Shown here one piece after another: positions 36,360 to 45,916 of a DNA stretch of 64,000 bases. Within the stretch, counting starts at the first letter, position 1; every line of letters starts with the position of its first letter. This DNA is from a virus. The notes under the pieces were generated by a model that worked only from the letters and a program-made list of their open reading frames with translations, did no database searches and was not told where the DNA came from. The position numbers and the translations under genes are program-made. The stretch is from positions 32,001 to 96,000 of IMG/VR virus record IMGVR_UViG_3300043411_002995. One strand, 5' to 3'.

Positions 36360-37034
36360 ATGAAGTTCTGTCCTCACTGCGGGGGCGACCTCTCGCAGTA
36401 CAGCATGGCCGGCGCGCCACACGCGCCGGCCACCACCGGCACCGTCTACAACCAGACCACGATGTGGAAGGCGCTCGTGGAGCGCGCTCGTGCGATCGAG
36501 GGCACGCCGCCGCCGCTCGAGAACCTGGTGCTGCCCATCGTCTCTCAGATGACTGCGGCGTTCGCGGCGCGCCCGGACCGGGAACGAGACGCGCCGCTGA
36601 AGACGGTCGTGCACTTGGCCTTCGACCGCGACGTCGTGCCACGCGGCGGCGCGCTCCACTACATCACGATGACCGAGGGTCGGGGCGCGATGGACCTCGG
36701 CCGCCTGCAGGCGATGGGCTACGCCGTGCTGGACGGGAAGGTCCAGGTGGTCGACGACGTGCCCGTGGGGCCGGCCTACCAGCTGCTCAGCTACTGGGGC
36801 GGCGCTCGGCAGCACAAGCGCTGGCACCTCGAGGCGCCCTGCGAGATCAACCCGTCGCGGAACGGGGACCCGGCGTTCATGGACGCGAACATGATCGGAT
36901 TCGTGGCGACGTGGAAGGACACGGAGCGGATGACGGAGGCGCTGATCGAGCTGCTCGAGATGTTCGCGCACGGGTTCGGCGAGCATCGCGTGACGATCGC
37001 CATGCCGCTGGTGCTCGAGCTGGCGGCGCGCTGA
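36360..37034 (+). CDS. Zn-ribbon hypothetical protein
   Basis: AAGGA RBS; MKFCPHCG. Confidence 0.75.
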   Translation: MKFCPHCGGDLSQYSMAGAPHAPATTGTVYNQTTMWKALVERARAIEGTPPPLENLVLPIVSQMTAAFAARPDRERDAPLKTVVHLAFDRDVVPRGGALHYITMTEGRGAMDLGRLQAMGYAVLDGKVQVVDDVPVGPAYQLLSYWGGARQHKRWHLEAPCEINPSRNGDPAFMDANMIGFVATWKDTERMTEALIELLEMFAHGFGEHRVTIAMPLVLELAAR

Positions 37035-37056
37035 TCGGGATCACTCCTCCTTTGCG

Positions 37057-37076
37057 GGCATAAGAAAGGACAGAAG
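37057..37076 (+). promoter_or_regulatory. Candidate phage-RNAP promoter motif, copy 3
   Basis: GGCATAAG-N8-GAAG then RBS. Confidence 0.65.
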
Positions 37077-37086
37077 GAGCCACACC

Positions 37087-37422
37087 ATGTCCATCGATCC
37101 CAAGTCGCAGTCCACCGTTTCCCCCATCACCCCGCCGACGAAGGTCGACGAGTCCCCCACCCGCGAGCAGCAGGCGTTGGACCTCCACAGCAAGCTGCTG
37201 TCCGCCAACCCCGGCTGCGATCTGGAGGTGACGCTCGGTGCCAAGTACGGCCCCGACGCGATCAACCTCGAGACGCGCAACCGGGGTGCGGACAAGTTCG
37301 CTGCGGGGGTCCTCGCCGGCATCGCGTTCGCGGGACTCGCCGGCCTCATCGGCGTGGCGGTGGCGAAGGCCGTGACGCCGCGCCCCCAGGTCAAGAGCCT
37401 CGGGGACGACGACACCAAGTAG
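37087..37422 (+). CDS. Small membrane protein
   Basis: AAGGAG RBS; transmembrane FAAGVLAGIAFAGLAGLIGVAVA. Confidence 0.7.
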   Translation: MSIDPKSQSTVSPITPPTKVDESPTREQQALDLHSKLLSANPGCDLEVTLGAKYGPDAINLETRNRGADKFAAGVLAGIAFAGLAGLIGVAVAKAVTPRPQVKSLGDDDTK

Positions 37423-37433
37423 CAACCTCAACC

Positions 37434-37498
37434 ACCACTCGTGAGAGTGTTTTCCGCCGCGCAAGCGGCGAAACACCCTCGCGGGTGGTTTCTTACCC
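37434..37498 (+). terminator. Long hairpin with GCAA tetraloop plus TTTCTTACCC tail
   Basis: About 24-bp imperfect stem (2 G-U pairs, 1 mismatch, 2-nt bulge). Confidence 0.65.
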
Positions 37499-37518
37499 AT
37501 GACCAGGATCGCTCCGCG

Positions 37519-37536
37519 GGCATAAGAAGAGGGAAC
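37519..37536 (+). promoter_or_regulatory. Candidate phage-RNAP promoter motif, copy 4
   Basis: GGCATAAG-N6-GAAC. Confidence 0.65.
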
Positions 37537-37556
37537 CCCCAACCAAAGGATTCCCC

Positions 37557-37979
37557 ATGCGCAACAAGCTCGTGGCGACGCTCGACATCGTGTTGAGCGC
37601 CCGCCTCATCCATGCAGAGATTGAACGCACCGTGGAGCAGGCCCACAAGGTCTGCGACCCCCACCTGGCGATCTCGTTCGCCAACGCCCGGCAGACCGTG
37701 TCGAACCCCGTCGACATGGCCGTCGAGCTCGAGATGCTCGACGCCGCCATCGACCTCTCGAAGGAGAACCTGGCAGAGATCGAGGGCCTGAAGCGCTCGA
37801 TCGCCAAGTCGCTCCAGGGCCACGAGGTCCTGGAAGCGCTCGGCAGCGCGCTCGTGTCGCAAGACATGATCGACGCCGTCGAGGAGAAGTTCCAGGTCAC
37901 CGGGCTCAGGCTCGAGGAGATGGAGAAGCTGCGGGACCTCACCGTGTCCCGCGCCCGCGACCTCACCAGCCAGCTCTAG
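37557..37979 (+). CDS. Helical hypothetical protein
   Basis: AAAGGA RBS; coiled-coil character. Confidence 0.7.
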   Translation: MRNKLVATLDIVLSARLIHAEIERTVEQAHKVCDPHLAISFANARQTVSNPVDMAVELEMLDAAIDLSKENLAEIEGLKRSIAKSLQGHEVLEALGSALVSQDMIDAVEEKFQVTGLRLEEMEKLRDLTVSRARDLTSQL

Positions 37980-38017
37980 GGCTGGTGGGTGCGCGGGGCT
38001 TCTCTGCTCTCTTAGCC
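37964..38017 (+). terminator. Hairpin plus pyrimidine tract ending CTTAGCC
   Basis: CACCAGCC / GGCTGGTG stem spanning the stop codon, then TTCTCTGCTCTCTTAGCC. Confidence 0.5.
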
Positions 38018-38036
38018 TTCGGGTACACTCGCCACC

Positions 38037-38534
38037 ATGACGCCGTTCCTCCAGGCCTTCACCGATGAGCTGGTCAAGCTCGGCGCGGACAACGACCTGG
38101 TCGACGTCTTCCGGGAGGCCAAGAAGGAGACCCGGAGGCAGCCGGCGCGGGACAGCGCCCTGAGCGCGCTGCGCGGGAACGGCACCCCGGTCAGCCGCAA
38201 CTACCTCGCGTCGATGTTGATCGGCGGGATCTCGGTGCCGGCGGTGGCGGTCATGAGCAAGCGGATCTCGCGGGCCCTGAACAACAAGACCGTGCAGCGT
38301 GAGCTCCGCGGCCTTGGGCCGATGGCGCACCCGAAGAAGGTCCGGGCGCTGCGCGACGAGTTGCACACCGGCCCGTCGTTCGGGCGCGCGCGCCCCGGCA
38401 CGCCGTTGAACACCCGGCCGCTCATCACGCACGGCGAGGCCGCCGGTCTTGCGGCGAGCGGCGTCGCGACCGGTGGCCTGGTGCAGATGATCCGGGACTA
38501 CTTCGCGGGCAGCGCGCCGACGACCCCGCGCTAG
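38037..38534 (+). CDS. FxDELxK-family protein (on the opposite strand to the rest)
   Basis: MTPFLQAFTDELVKLG; TACACT -10 element 7 nt upstream of ATG. Confidence 0.72.
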   Translation: MTPFLQAFTDELVKLGADNDLVDVFREAKKETRRQPARDSALSALRGNGTPVSRNYLASMLIGGISVPAVAVMSKRISRALNNKTVQRELRGLGPMAHPKKVRALRDELHTGPSFGRARPGTPLNTRPLITHGEAAGLAASGVATGGLVQMIRDYFAGSAPTTPR

Positions 38535-40306
38535 AAGCGGTTCGAGCTGATGTCGGCGGCGAGCTTGCAGTAGACCAGCGAGTGCAGCCCGTCGTCGGGC
38601 TGGTCGATCGGGTGGTCGTAGTTCATCGTGCGCGTGCGCTCGTTGTACTCGATGTACTCGGCGAGGATGTCCTTGCCGAAGGACTCGAACTCGGCCCACT
38701 CGGGGAGGATGAACTTCTTCTGCTTGAAGCCGAGGAAGGTGTCGGCGAGGACGGCGTTGCGGTTGATGATGAACTTGTGGGCCTCAGGGTCGTACTTCTT
38801 CCGCTCGCCGAGGCTGGTGGAGTAGGCGAACTGCATGACGCCGGTGCGGCCGCGGGCCTTGAAGAGGCGGCTGTTGACGCCCCAGCCGTGGCCCCAGTCG
38901 GCGCCGAGGACCTCGACACCCCAGTGGCCGCAGATGTTGAGCACGTCGGGGACGATGATCTCGGGATCGATGTCCTTGCCGGTGTAGCGCTTCCAGAGGA
39001 AGGGCCAGAAGAGCTCGTCGTTGACGTAGGCCCCGAGCGTGAGCACGGTCCACGACGCGAACTTCTTCCGCCCCTTCTCGGCCGAGCCCTCCTGGCGTCC
39101 TTCGCCCCAGTCGATCCCGCCGAAGATGCGGAGGCCGTGCATCTTCGAGTTCTTGGTGTGGATGATCTTGCGCGTCTCGCGCGTGGGGATCTGCTTGTCG
39201 GGGTAGCAGCACTTCTGCAGGTCCATCCGCGTCACGGGGGCGGACGCGGTGTCGTACGAGAAGCCGAGGATCTCGTTCTGGAACTTGTTCTCGGGCCACT
39301 TCTCGTAGGGGAGGACGATCTCCTTCCGCCAGGCGTTCTCCCCCTGCTTCCAGGGGACCATCAGCTGGGAGATGTGGTAGCCGACGTAGTACTCGCCGGG
39401 GCAGAAGGTGACCCACTGACCCTGGGAGGCGTCGAGGGCCTTGCCGCAGTTGGAGCAGATCAGGCCGGTCTTGCCGATGTTCCGCTCGTCGAGGAAGTTC
39501 CAGTAGCTCCCCGCCTCGCCGCTCTTGCAGTCGCAGGGGACGAGCCACTCGTTCTGCGTGGACCACTGCCAGTACTCCTCGAGGGTGTTGGAGTGGGTCA
39601 GCGGCGTGCCGGTGATCATCTCCGAGCCCTGGACGCCGGCGGAAAGCAACGAGGCCGACAGCGACTGGCTGATGACCTTGATGTTGTCCTTGAGCAAGTC
39701 CTGGGCTTCGTCGAAGAACACGCGCGACGCCGGGATGCCGCGGGCGCGGGCGGCGGTCAGGTACGCCGCGCGCAAGAAGATGTACGACCCGTTCATCAGG
39801 GTCTTCTCGAAGACCTGATCGATGACGCCCTTGCCGAGGTACAGGTTCTTCAGGAAGGGCGAGTCGTAGAGGGTCGGCCGCAGCTTCTCGTTCGAGTACT
39901 GCCGGGTCTGTTGGTGCGACGGCGAGACGTAGAGCGTGCGCCAGTGGGGGTGGAGCACGGCCTCGAGGATCTGGAGGCAGCAGACCGTCGTCGACTTCGC
40001 GACCTGGCGCGAGGTCTTCATGACCAGCTGGCTGTCCTGGTCGTTGTAGATCGGGATCAGGAAGGCGTGGTTGTCGAGCCGGAGCGGCTTGCCGAGGTGG
40101 TAGAGGATCGCCTGGGCGATGTCGGATCGGCGCCCGTGGAACGTGGGGATGCCGCCCTCGGACTTCGCGGCGAACTCCTTCAGCTGCGGCGCCCACTTGT
40201 AGGCCGCGTTCCAGTTGATGTCCCGGATCATCGCCGGGCGCGCTTCCCCCTTGCCCTCGAAGTCGAAGGGGTCGTCCTCGAGGACGCCATCGGCTTCGTC
40301 CAGCAC
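38531..40306 (-). CDS. terL: Terminase large subunit
   Basis: MKTSRQVAKST (Walker A), VFFDEAQD (Walker B), ITGTP, GGIDWG and DDGLHS nuclease motifs; GTG 40306 with AAGGAG RBS. Confidence 0.9.
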   Translation of the reverse strand: MLDEADGVLEDDPFDFEGKGEARPAMIRDINWNAAYKWAPQLKEFAAKSEGGIPTFHGRRSDIAQAILYHLGKPLRLDNHAFLIPIYNDQDSQLVMKTSRQVAKSTTVCCLQILEAVLHPHWRTLYVSPSHQQTRQYSNEKLRPTLYDSPFLKNLYLGKGVIDQVFEKTLMNGSYIFLRAAYLTAARARGIPASRVFFDEAQDLLKDNIKVISQSLSASLLSAGVQGSEMITGTPLTHSNTLEEYWQWSTQNEWLVPCDCKSGEAGSYWNFLDERNIGKTGLICSNCGKALDASQGQWVTFCPGEYYVGYHISQLMVPWKQGENAWRKEIVLPYEKWPENKFQNEILGFSYDTASAPVTRMDLQKCCYPDKQIPTRETRKIIHTKNSKMHGLRIFGGIDWGEGRQEGSAEKGRKKFASWTVLTLGAYVNDELFWPFLWKRYTGKDIDPEIIVPDVLNICGHWGVEVLGADWGHGWGVNSRLFKARGRTGVMQFAYSTSLGERKKYDPEAHKFIINRNAVLADTFLGFKQKKFILPEWAEFESFGKDILAEYIEYNERTRTMNYDHPIDQPDDGLHSLVYCKLAADISSNRF

Positions 40307-41202
40307 TAGGACTCCTTCTTGTCGGCGGTCTTCTTCGTGGGAACCGCGACCTGGCCGGCCAGCTGCGCCAGGGAGATGTGGGAGGACTTCTCGGGCTTCA
40401 CCGAGAAGAGCCCCTGGAAGTCGGCGGTGCTGGGGGTGCCGTCGCTCTTCGGCACGCCGAGCCCGGCGGTCTTCTTGACGCTGAGCGCGCGCAGGGTGAG
40501 CTCGGCCCACCGCATGGCGCCAGCGAGCTCGGGTTGGGGGGTGTCCATCGCCAGCTTGAACTGCTGGTACGTCTTGTTGATGATCGTGTTGACGATCTGC
40601 TCGTCGCTGTGGACCGACGCGACGCCGAGCATGTCCCGCACCTCCTCCGCGGTGGGCGAGGCGACGCCGAAGGCGACGTAGCTGCGCTCCTCCTGGGAGA
40701 TGAGCTTCTTGTAGAAGTCGTCCCAGGCCTTGCGGCTGAGCAGCTTGACGTCCCAGTAGATGTGCCGGTAGGTGCTCAGGGCGTCGTTGCTGAGCTCGAT
40801 CCCGTAGTGCTCGAAGAGGAGCTTCTGGATCTCGCCGGCGCTGGCGCGCGAGAGCAGCAGGCAGCCCAGGATGGCGCGCGTGTGGACGTTCGTGAAGAGC
40901 CGGAAGGCCAGGTCGGCGTGGGGCGGCGCGGCCGCGCGGCCGAACTCGCGCTGCATCCGCCAGAGGTCACCGACGCCCTCGGCGTCGGCCCAGGCGAGCA
41001 CTCCCTCCAGGTCGGTGATCTCGGTGTCGGTGCCGTCGATGAACGCGCCGACCGACGTCGGCGCGGTGTCGCGGAGGTGCTGGCGGCAGTCGGCGAGCCA
41101 CAGGTCGCCGACGCGCGGCAGCTCGTAGCGCTCAAGCGTCGAGTTGATCTCGATCTTGCGCGAGACGAGGAACCGGAGGAATCGCTCGTAGGGGTACCTC
41201 AC
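40306..41202 (-). CDS. Hypothetical protein, candidate terminase small subunit
   Basis: Translationally coupled directly upstream of terL; helical. Confidence 0.45.
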   Translation of the reverse strand: MRYPYERFLRFLVSRKIEINSTLERYELPRVGDLWLADCRQHLRDTAPTSVGAFIDGTDTEITDLEGVLAWADAEGVGDLWRMQREFGRAAAPPHADLAFRLFTNVHTRAILGCLLLSRASAGEIQKLLFEHYGIELSNDALSTYRHIYWDVKLLSRKAWDDFYKKLISQEERSYVAFGVASPTAEEVRDMLGVASVHSDEQIVNTIINKTYQQFKLAMDTPQPELAGAMRWAELTLRALSVKKTAGLGVPKSDGTPSTADFQGLFSVKPEKSSHISLAQLAGQVAVPTKKTADKKES

Positions 41203-41208
41203 GCGAGC

Positions 41209-43389
41209 TCATCGAGCCATCCCGATGGGCTGGCCGTCTCGCAGGAGGCGGCCCCCCACGTGTCGGGGCGCCACCGCGGCCGCGGTCTTGGTCTTCTGTT
41301 CCTCGAGCATCCTCAGGCGGCTGAGGCCATCGATGACGCGCTGCAGGTGCCCGAGCGCCGAGCGCACCGCCTCTTCCGGGATGTCGTCCATCCCGAGCCG
41401 GCTCGCCAGCAGCAGGTTCGCCAGCATGTGGCTGGTCTCCCAGAGCAGCGGCTTGACCGAGGCGAAGCGGGCGATGTTCTCCTCGTTGACGAACCCCAGG
41501 GACAGGACCGAGTCAACGGTCTGCGCGTCCTCGAGGTTGGCGGCGATCTTGAGCAGCTCGCTGAATGGCGCACGCATGCTGGCCACGACCATCTGGCGCA
41601 TGGGGCTGGCGACCTTCTCGGCCCGGCCCGGCAGATCCCGCGTCCGCAGGTGGTGGAGCTGCAGCTCGAGGCGATCGCGGACGCCATCGAGCACCTGCGC
41701 GCGCTTCTCCCCGGGCAGGCCCCAGGTGGCGAGCAGGAAGTCGGCCTCGTGCCGCGGCAGCGAGGCGAAGTCGAAGGCCGCCTTGACCATCTTGGCGTTG
41801 CCGCGGATGGGCGTCTGGCGGCACGCCGCGTACTTCTCGAGGCGGCCACCCCGGAAGATGTAGCGCCCGTTGGCGGCCGCCACCTTCACCGGCTGGGTGT
41901 CGAGCCACGAGGCGGTGATCCGCTTGAAGTCGTCGGGCGCCTCCGACACCGGGCACAGCCGCGGCATGCGGATGAACGACATCTTGGCCGAGACGATGTA
42001 GTTCGCCTTCGGGCCCAGCAGCGGTCGCATCTCCGGCGACTTGTTGGTGTCGGAGAGCCGGACGATCCCGTCGACCGTCGGCGAGATGATCAGGTTGATG
42101 ATGTTGCCCTTGTAGTCGACCGCCGCGATCGCGCGGAGGTTCTTGTAGACCGTCACCCCGGTGACCTGGAAGGGCACGGTCGCGAGGACGTCCTTCCCGT
42201 CGCGGTAGACCAGGGTGCCCATCTTGCCCGGCTCGGGCCGGTCGGCCTGCAGGCTGGTGTCGGGGTCGTCGGGCAGCGGGATGCCGGCGAAGCGCGACTG
42301 GATGGAGGCCAGGGCCTTGCCGAGGAAGAGCTTGGTGTCGGCCTTCCCGCCCTCGAACGTGACCACGTTGGGGATGACCCAACCCTTGGCCATGACGCCG
42401 TCCCGATCGCGCACGCCGTAGCGGCCGTACTCGTCGATCTGCTTGACGGTGCGGTCGTCGCTGCGCGGGTCGAAGACGAACGGGTTCTTGTGCACGCCCA
42501 GCTCGCCGGGCGGTCCCTCCATGTCCTTGCCGTAGACGGTCGCCGGCGGGTCGAGGGTGAAGTGGCCGACCTGGTCGGCGACGGTCAGTGGGTCCTTCTC
42601 GTAGTTCTGGAGCTCGGCCTTCCGCAGCTCGAGGAGCGAGCGGATGCCCTGCCGGTTGGTCGTGATGATGACCGGGTCGAAGACCTCGTCCGAGGAGGTG
42701 TAGAGCCGGTAGACGTCGGGGCCGTCCTTCTTGACGGTGAAGACCGCCTGCGCGCGCTCCTTGTTGAGCTCGTCCTGCTCGGTCACCGCCGGCGTCTCCG
42801 CCGCGTACTTCTTCAGGACGTCGAAGGTCTTGCGGCGGTAGAAGCCACCGAGCAGCGTCGGCTGCTCCGCCACGGCCTGCTTGAACAGGCGGAGGTCGTC
42901 GGCGCCCAGGGTGCCGCCGAGGAGGTCCACCATCGACAGCGGCGCGGAGTAGGAGTACTTGCCGCCCAGGGGCGGGTTGCGGCTGTCGGCGAAGGTGTCG
43001 TCCGCCATGCTCGGCGGCGGCGTCGCCGATGCCACGCCCGCGCCCAGGCTGTTCTGGTAGAAGATCTTCGCCAGGTTGTCGTCCGTGAGCGGGTAGAGCT
43101 TCCCGCTCTCGAAGAACAGGTCGAGCGGCGCCATGTGCCACGACTTGATGATGATCGGGACGCCGATCGACGACCCGTCGTTGCCCGCCTTGGCGATCGC
43201 CGTGCCGTAGCCGTAGCCCTTCTCGTCGTCGAGGTCCTGGAAGACGACCGTGACGGTGACGCCCAGGTCCTTCGGGAGCTTCTCCGCGACCATCGCGGAG
43301 ATCTCCTGCTGCCACTCGCGGACGTTGTCCGAGAGCTTCTTGTACTGGGTCCGGCGGAACATCGGATCGTCGGAGAACAGGTTGTCCAT
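41209..43389 (-). CDS. Large putative virion protein (726 aa)
   Basis: Long ORF with GGAG RBS; KYA, KAA, KVA, KIA, KTA sites in the C-terminal part. Confidence 0.7.
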   Translation of the reverse strand: MDNLFSDDPMFRRTQYKKLSDNVREWQQEISAMVAEKLPKDLGVTVTVVFQDLDDEKGYGYGTAIAKAGNDGSSIGVPIIIKSWHMAPLDLFFESGKLYPLTDDNLAKIFYQNSLGAGVASATPPPSMADDTFADSRNPPLGGKYSYSAPLSMVDLLGGTLGADDLRLFKQAVAEQPTLLGGFYRRKTFDVLKKYAAETPAVTEQDELNKERAQAVFTVKKDGPDVYRLYTSSDEVFDPVIITTNRQGIRSLLELRKAELQNYEKDPLTVADQVGHFTLDPPATVYGKDMEGPPGELGVHKNPFVFDPRSDDRTVKQIDEYGRYGVRDRDGVMAKGWVIPNVVTFEGGKADTKLFLGKALASIQSRFAGIPLPDDPDTSLQADRPEPGKMGTLVYRDGKDVLATVPFQVTGVTVYKNLRAIAAVDYKGNIINLIISPTVDGIVRLSDTNKSPEMRPLLGPKANYIVSAKMSFIRMPRLCPVSEAPDDFKRITASWLDTQPVKVAAANGRYIFRGGRLEKYAACRQTPIRGNAKMVKAAFDFASLPRHEADFLLATWGLPGEKRAQVLDGVRDRLELQLHHLRTRDLPGRAEKVASPMRQMVVASMRAPFSELLKIAANLEDAQTVDSVLSLGFVNEENIARFASVKPLLWETSHMLANLLLASRLGMDDIPEEAVRSALGHLQRVIDGLSRLRMLEEQKTKTAAAVAPRHVGGRLLRDGQPIGMAR

Positions 43390-43399
43390 GAGAGGGCTC

Positions 43400-43849
43400 C
43401 TAGAGCAGGGGGGCGATGACGCCCGGCGGCACCGTCACCTTGACGGCCCCCAAGGTCAGGCGGCTGATGAGCAGGGCCACGCCGTTGGCTTGCTGCTCCG
43501 GGGTGGCGTTGGCAGGCTGCGGGCTGTTGAGGTTGGTGGTGGTGGGGATGAAGGCCGTCACGACGCCGGCCTGGGCGGGGATGGTCATCCCCATCCAGTA
43601 GAGCTGCAGCGCGCTCATGAAGAGCACCGGGCCGCTGCCGGCGAGCTCGGGGGCGAAGGCCCGCTCGAGCGAGTTCGCCAGCGAGGACCTCCGGGACTGC
43701 GCCTCGGGGATGCCGCCGGCGACGAGGTAGCCGGCGTAGGCCTTGGCCCAGTCGACGGCCGCCTTGCGCGTCGAGGTCGGCGCGGTCGCGGCTCGGAAGA
43801 GCGGGACCAGGCCGGCGGTCAGGACCGGGGTGACGACGGCGACAGGCAT
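43400..43849 (-). CDS. Baseplate-associated hypothetical protein
   Basis: ATG 43849 just after the spike-like gene. Confidence 0.5.
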   Translation of the reverse strand: MPVAVVTPVLTAGLVPLFRAATAPTSTRKAAVDWAKAYAGYLVAGGIPEAQSRRSSLANSLERAFAPELAGSGPVLFMSALQLYWMGMTIPAQAGVVTAFIPTTTNLNSPQPANATPEQQANGVALLISRLTLGAVKVTVPPGVIAPLL

Positions 43850-43853
43850 GGGG

Positions 43854-44825
43854 CTAGAGGTCCGCGGGATCTTTCGAGAAGAAGGCGAAGGTCGACAGGA
43901 TCTTATCAGAAAGCTCGGAGCGCAGTTTCTCGAGATCGATGGGCGTCGGTGGCAGCGGCGGCGTGGACGGCCCCCACGCCGTGTTGACCTTGAGCGCCTT
44001 GATGATGTCGAACAGCCGCCCGAAGACCTCGACGAGCGCCAGCCCGAGCACGGCCGGCTCGTTGGCGCCCGCGCCGCCCCACTGGTACTTCGGCCCGGAT
44101 CCGACCCACTCGCCATCGCGGTTGTAGGTCTCGCGGGTCTTCACCGTGACGGTCTCAGCTCCGGCCACGGTCGCCACCGCAGCGAGCTCGAGCTCACGCC
44201 GGACGCCGTCCTCGAGGGCGCCGTGGCGCACGGTGAACCGGTCGGCGCTCGGGCCCACCTGGTGGAGGAACGTCTCGTCGTGCACGGTCGCCGGGTCGGT
44301 CTTGCCGACGACCTTGCGTCCCCGCGCGGCGCTGTAGCCGTCGGCGATGTGACCGAAGTTCGTCGCGCGGAGGGTCATCGTGTTGTTCAAGGGGTTGAGG
44401 ATCACCCCCGTGCCTGCGCCGCCTTCGATGATCACCGCCCCCCCGCGCTTCAGGATCAGCGTGGCCTCGCCCGCTGTGCGGTAGACCTTGTCGCCGGCCG
44501 ACTGGTTGTCGTCGGGGTTGCCGACCGAGGGAGGATCGTCGGTCTCCTCGTCGACCGTGGGCAGGCGCAGGAAGCCGATGATGCAGCACTGGGCGCCGTT
44601 GGTCGTCATGACGGCGATGCAGTAGGAGCCCGGCCGGGGCCGGGTGTTCTCGCCACCGCCGTCCGTGTCCACATCGGGGCTGAGGATGTGAGCGTCGTTG
44701 ACGACGAACCCATCGCTCGAGGAGAACCGGTAGGTGCCGGGGTGGTTCGGGTGTTCCTCGCCCAGCCGCCCGAACAGGATGGCGCCGGCGGGGACTCCTC
44801 GTCCTGCCCAGAACTTGTCGTTCAC
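43854..44825 (-). CDS. Baseplate central spike (gpV/Gp5-like) protein, probable
   Basis: OB-like N-terminus with PRPGSYC..IIGFL, beta-rich middle, EPAVLG...TAWGPSTPP C-terminus; likely GTG start at 44825. Confidence 0.55.
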   Translation of the reverse strand: MNDKFWAGRGVPAGAILFGRLGEEHPNHPGTYRFSSSDGFVVNDAHILSPDVDTDGGGENTRPRPGSYCIAVMTTNGAQCCIIGFLRLPTVDEETDDPPSVGNPDDNQSAGDKVYRTAGEATLILKRGGAVIIEGGAGTGVILNPLNNTMTLRATNFGHIADGYSAARGRKVVGKTDPATVHDETFLHQVGPSADRFTVRHGALEDGVRRELELAAVATVAGAETVTVKTRETYNRDGEWVGSGPKYQWGGAGANEPAVLGLALVEVFGRLFDIIKALKVNTAWGPSTPPLPPTPIDLEKLRSELSDKILSTFAFFSKDPADL

Positions 44826-44862
44826 GAGGCCATCGTACAGCAAAGAGGACTCCTCCCCCCCT

Positions 44863-44880
44863 GGCATAAGGAACACGAAG
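44863..44880 (+). promoter_or_regulatory. Candidate phage-RNAP promoter motif, copy 5
   Basis: GGCATAAG-N6-GAAG upstream of ssb. Confidence 0.65.
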
Positions 44881-44914
44881 CAGCATCCAATCTGCTGAGA
44901 ACAAGGAGCCAACC

Positions 44915-45370
44915 ATGTCTTCCGTGAACAAGATGATCCTGATCGGCCACCTCGGAGCCGATCCCGAACTCAAGCACATCCCATCGGGGCAGCCCGTCTG
45001 CACCTTCACGATCGCCACCAACGAGGTCTGGAAGGACAAGTCGGGTGAGAAGCAAGAGCGCGTCGAGTGGACCAACATCGTCGCGTGGGGTCCGCTCGCC
45101 GAGGTCTGCGCGAAGTACCTGGCCAAGGGCCGGCAGGTCTACGTCGAGGGCCGCAAGCAGACGCGGACCTACGACGACAAGGAGGGCGTGAAGCGCTACT
45201 TCACCGAGTGCGTCGCCCAGGAGGTGAAGTTCCTCGGCGACGGCAAGGGTGACGGGGACGGTCGCGGTGAGAGCCGCGGCCGCAGCGACAGCAAGCCGTC
45301 GGGCCGCCGCGATGACGGCCCTCCGCCCCGTGGCCCGGGCCCCGGCGCGGACGACGACATCCCGTTCTGA
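44915..45370 (+). CDS. ssb: Single-stranded DNA-binding protein
   Basis: [27 protein letters not shown]-terminal DDDIPF. Confidence 0.95.
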   Translation: MSSVNKMILIGHLGADPELKHIPSGQPVCTFTIATNEVWKDKSGEKQERVEWTNIVAWGPLAEVCAKYLAKGRQVYVEGRKQTRTYDDKEGVKRYFTECVAQEVKFLGDGKGDGDGRGESRGRSDSKPSGRRDDGPPPRGPGPGADDDIPF

Positions 45371-45396
45371 TCCCCTGCAACCAATGGGGGTGATCA

Positions 45397-45906
45397 ATGT
45401 CTTCGTATCTCGTCATCATGAGACACCGAGCCAAGTCTCTCGTGGCTAAGGCCACGGATTGTCGGCTCACCCTGGGCGAGTTCCTGCTCGACCAGACGGG
45501 CATCGTGGCGCGGCTCAACGGCGCGCTGGCGAAGTACTCGCGCCACATCGGCTGGCCCTACGTGCCCATCGGGTTCGCGACGCTGCGCGCCCTGATGGAG
45601 GACATCCGCTACGGCGAGGCCGACACGTTCGATCTGGTCTGCCGGCGGTTCGGGTTCTCGGAGTCCGCCTCAGCGCCGATCGTCGAACGGGCGATCGGCC
45701 GGGTCGAGTGGCACATCGGTCCTGACGCACCGTGCGAGACCATGTGGCACGAGTCCGACCTGATCGAGGACGCCCAACGGCTCATCCGCTGGGGCGAGAG
45801 CCTCGTCACCCGCTGCCCCAACGGCGTCGTCGCGCACCAGCTGCAGGCGCTGGTGGCGATGTCGCGCGAGGACCTCGGGCGGTACGTCGCCCGCGCTCTG
45901 GGGTAG
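45397..45906 (+). CDS. Hypothetical protein
   Basis: ORF following ssb, GGGGGTG RBS. Confidence 0.65.
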   Translation: MSSYLVIMRHRAKSLVAKATDCRLTLGEFLLDQTGIVARLNGALAKYSRHIGWPYVPIGFATLRALMEDIRYGEADTFDLVCRRFGFSESASAPIVERAIGRVEWHIGPDAPCETMWHESDLIEDAQRLIRWGESLVTRCPNGVVAHQLQALVAMSREDLGRYVARALG

Positions 45907-45916
45907 CATCCTCGGG

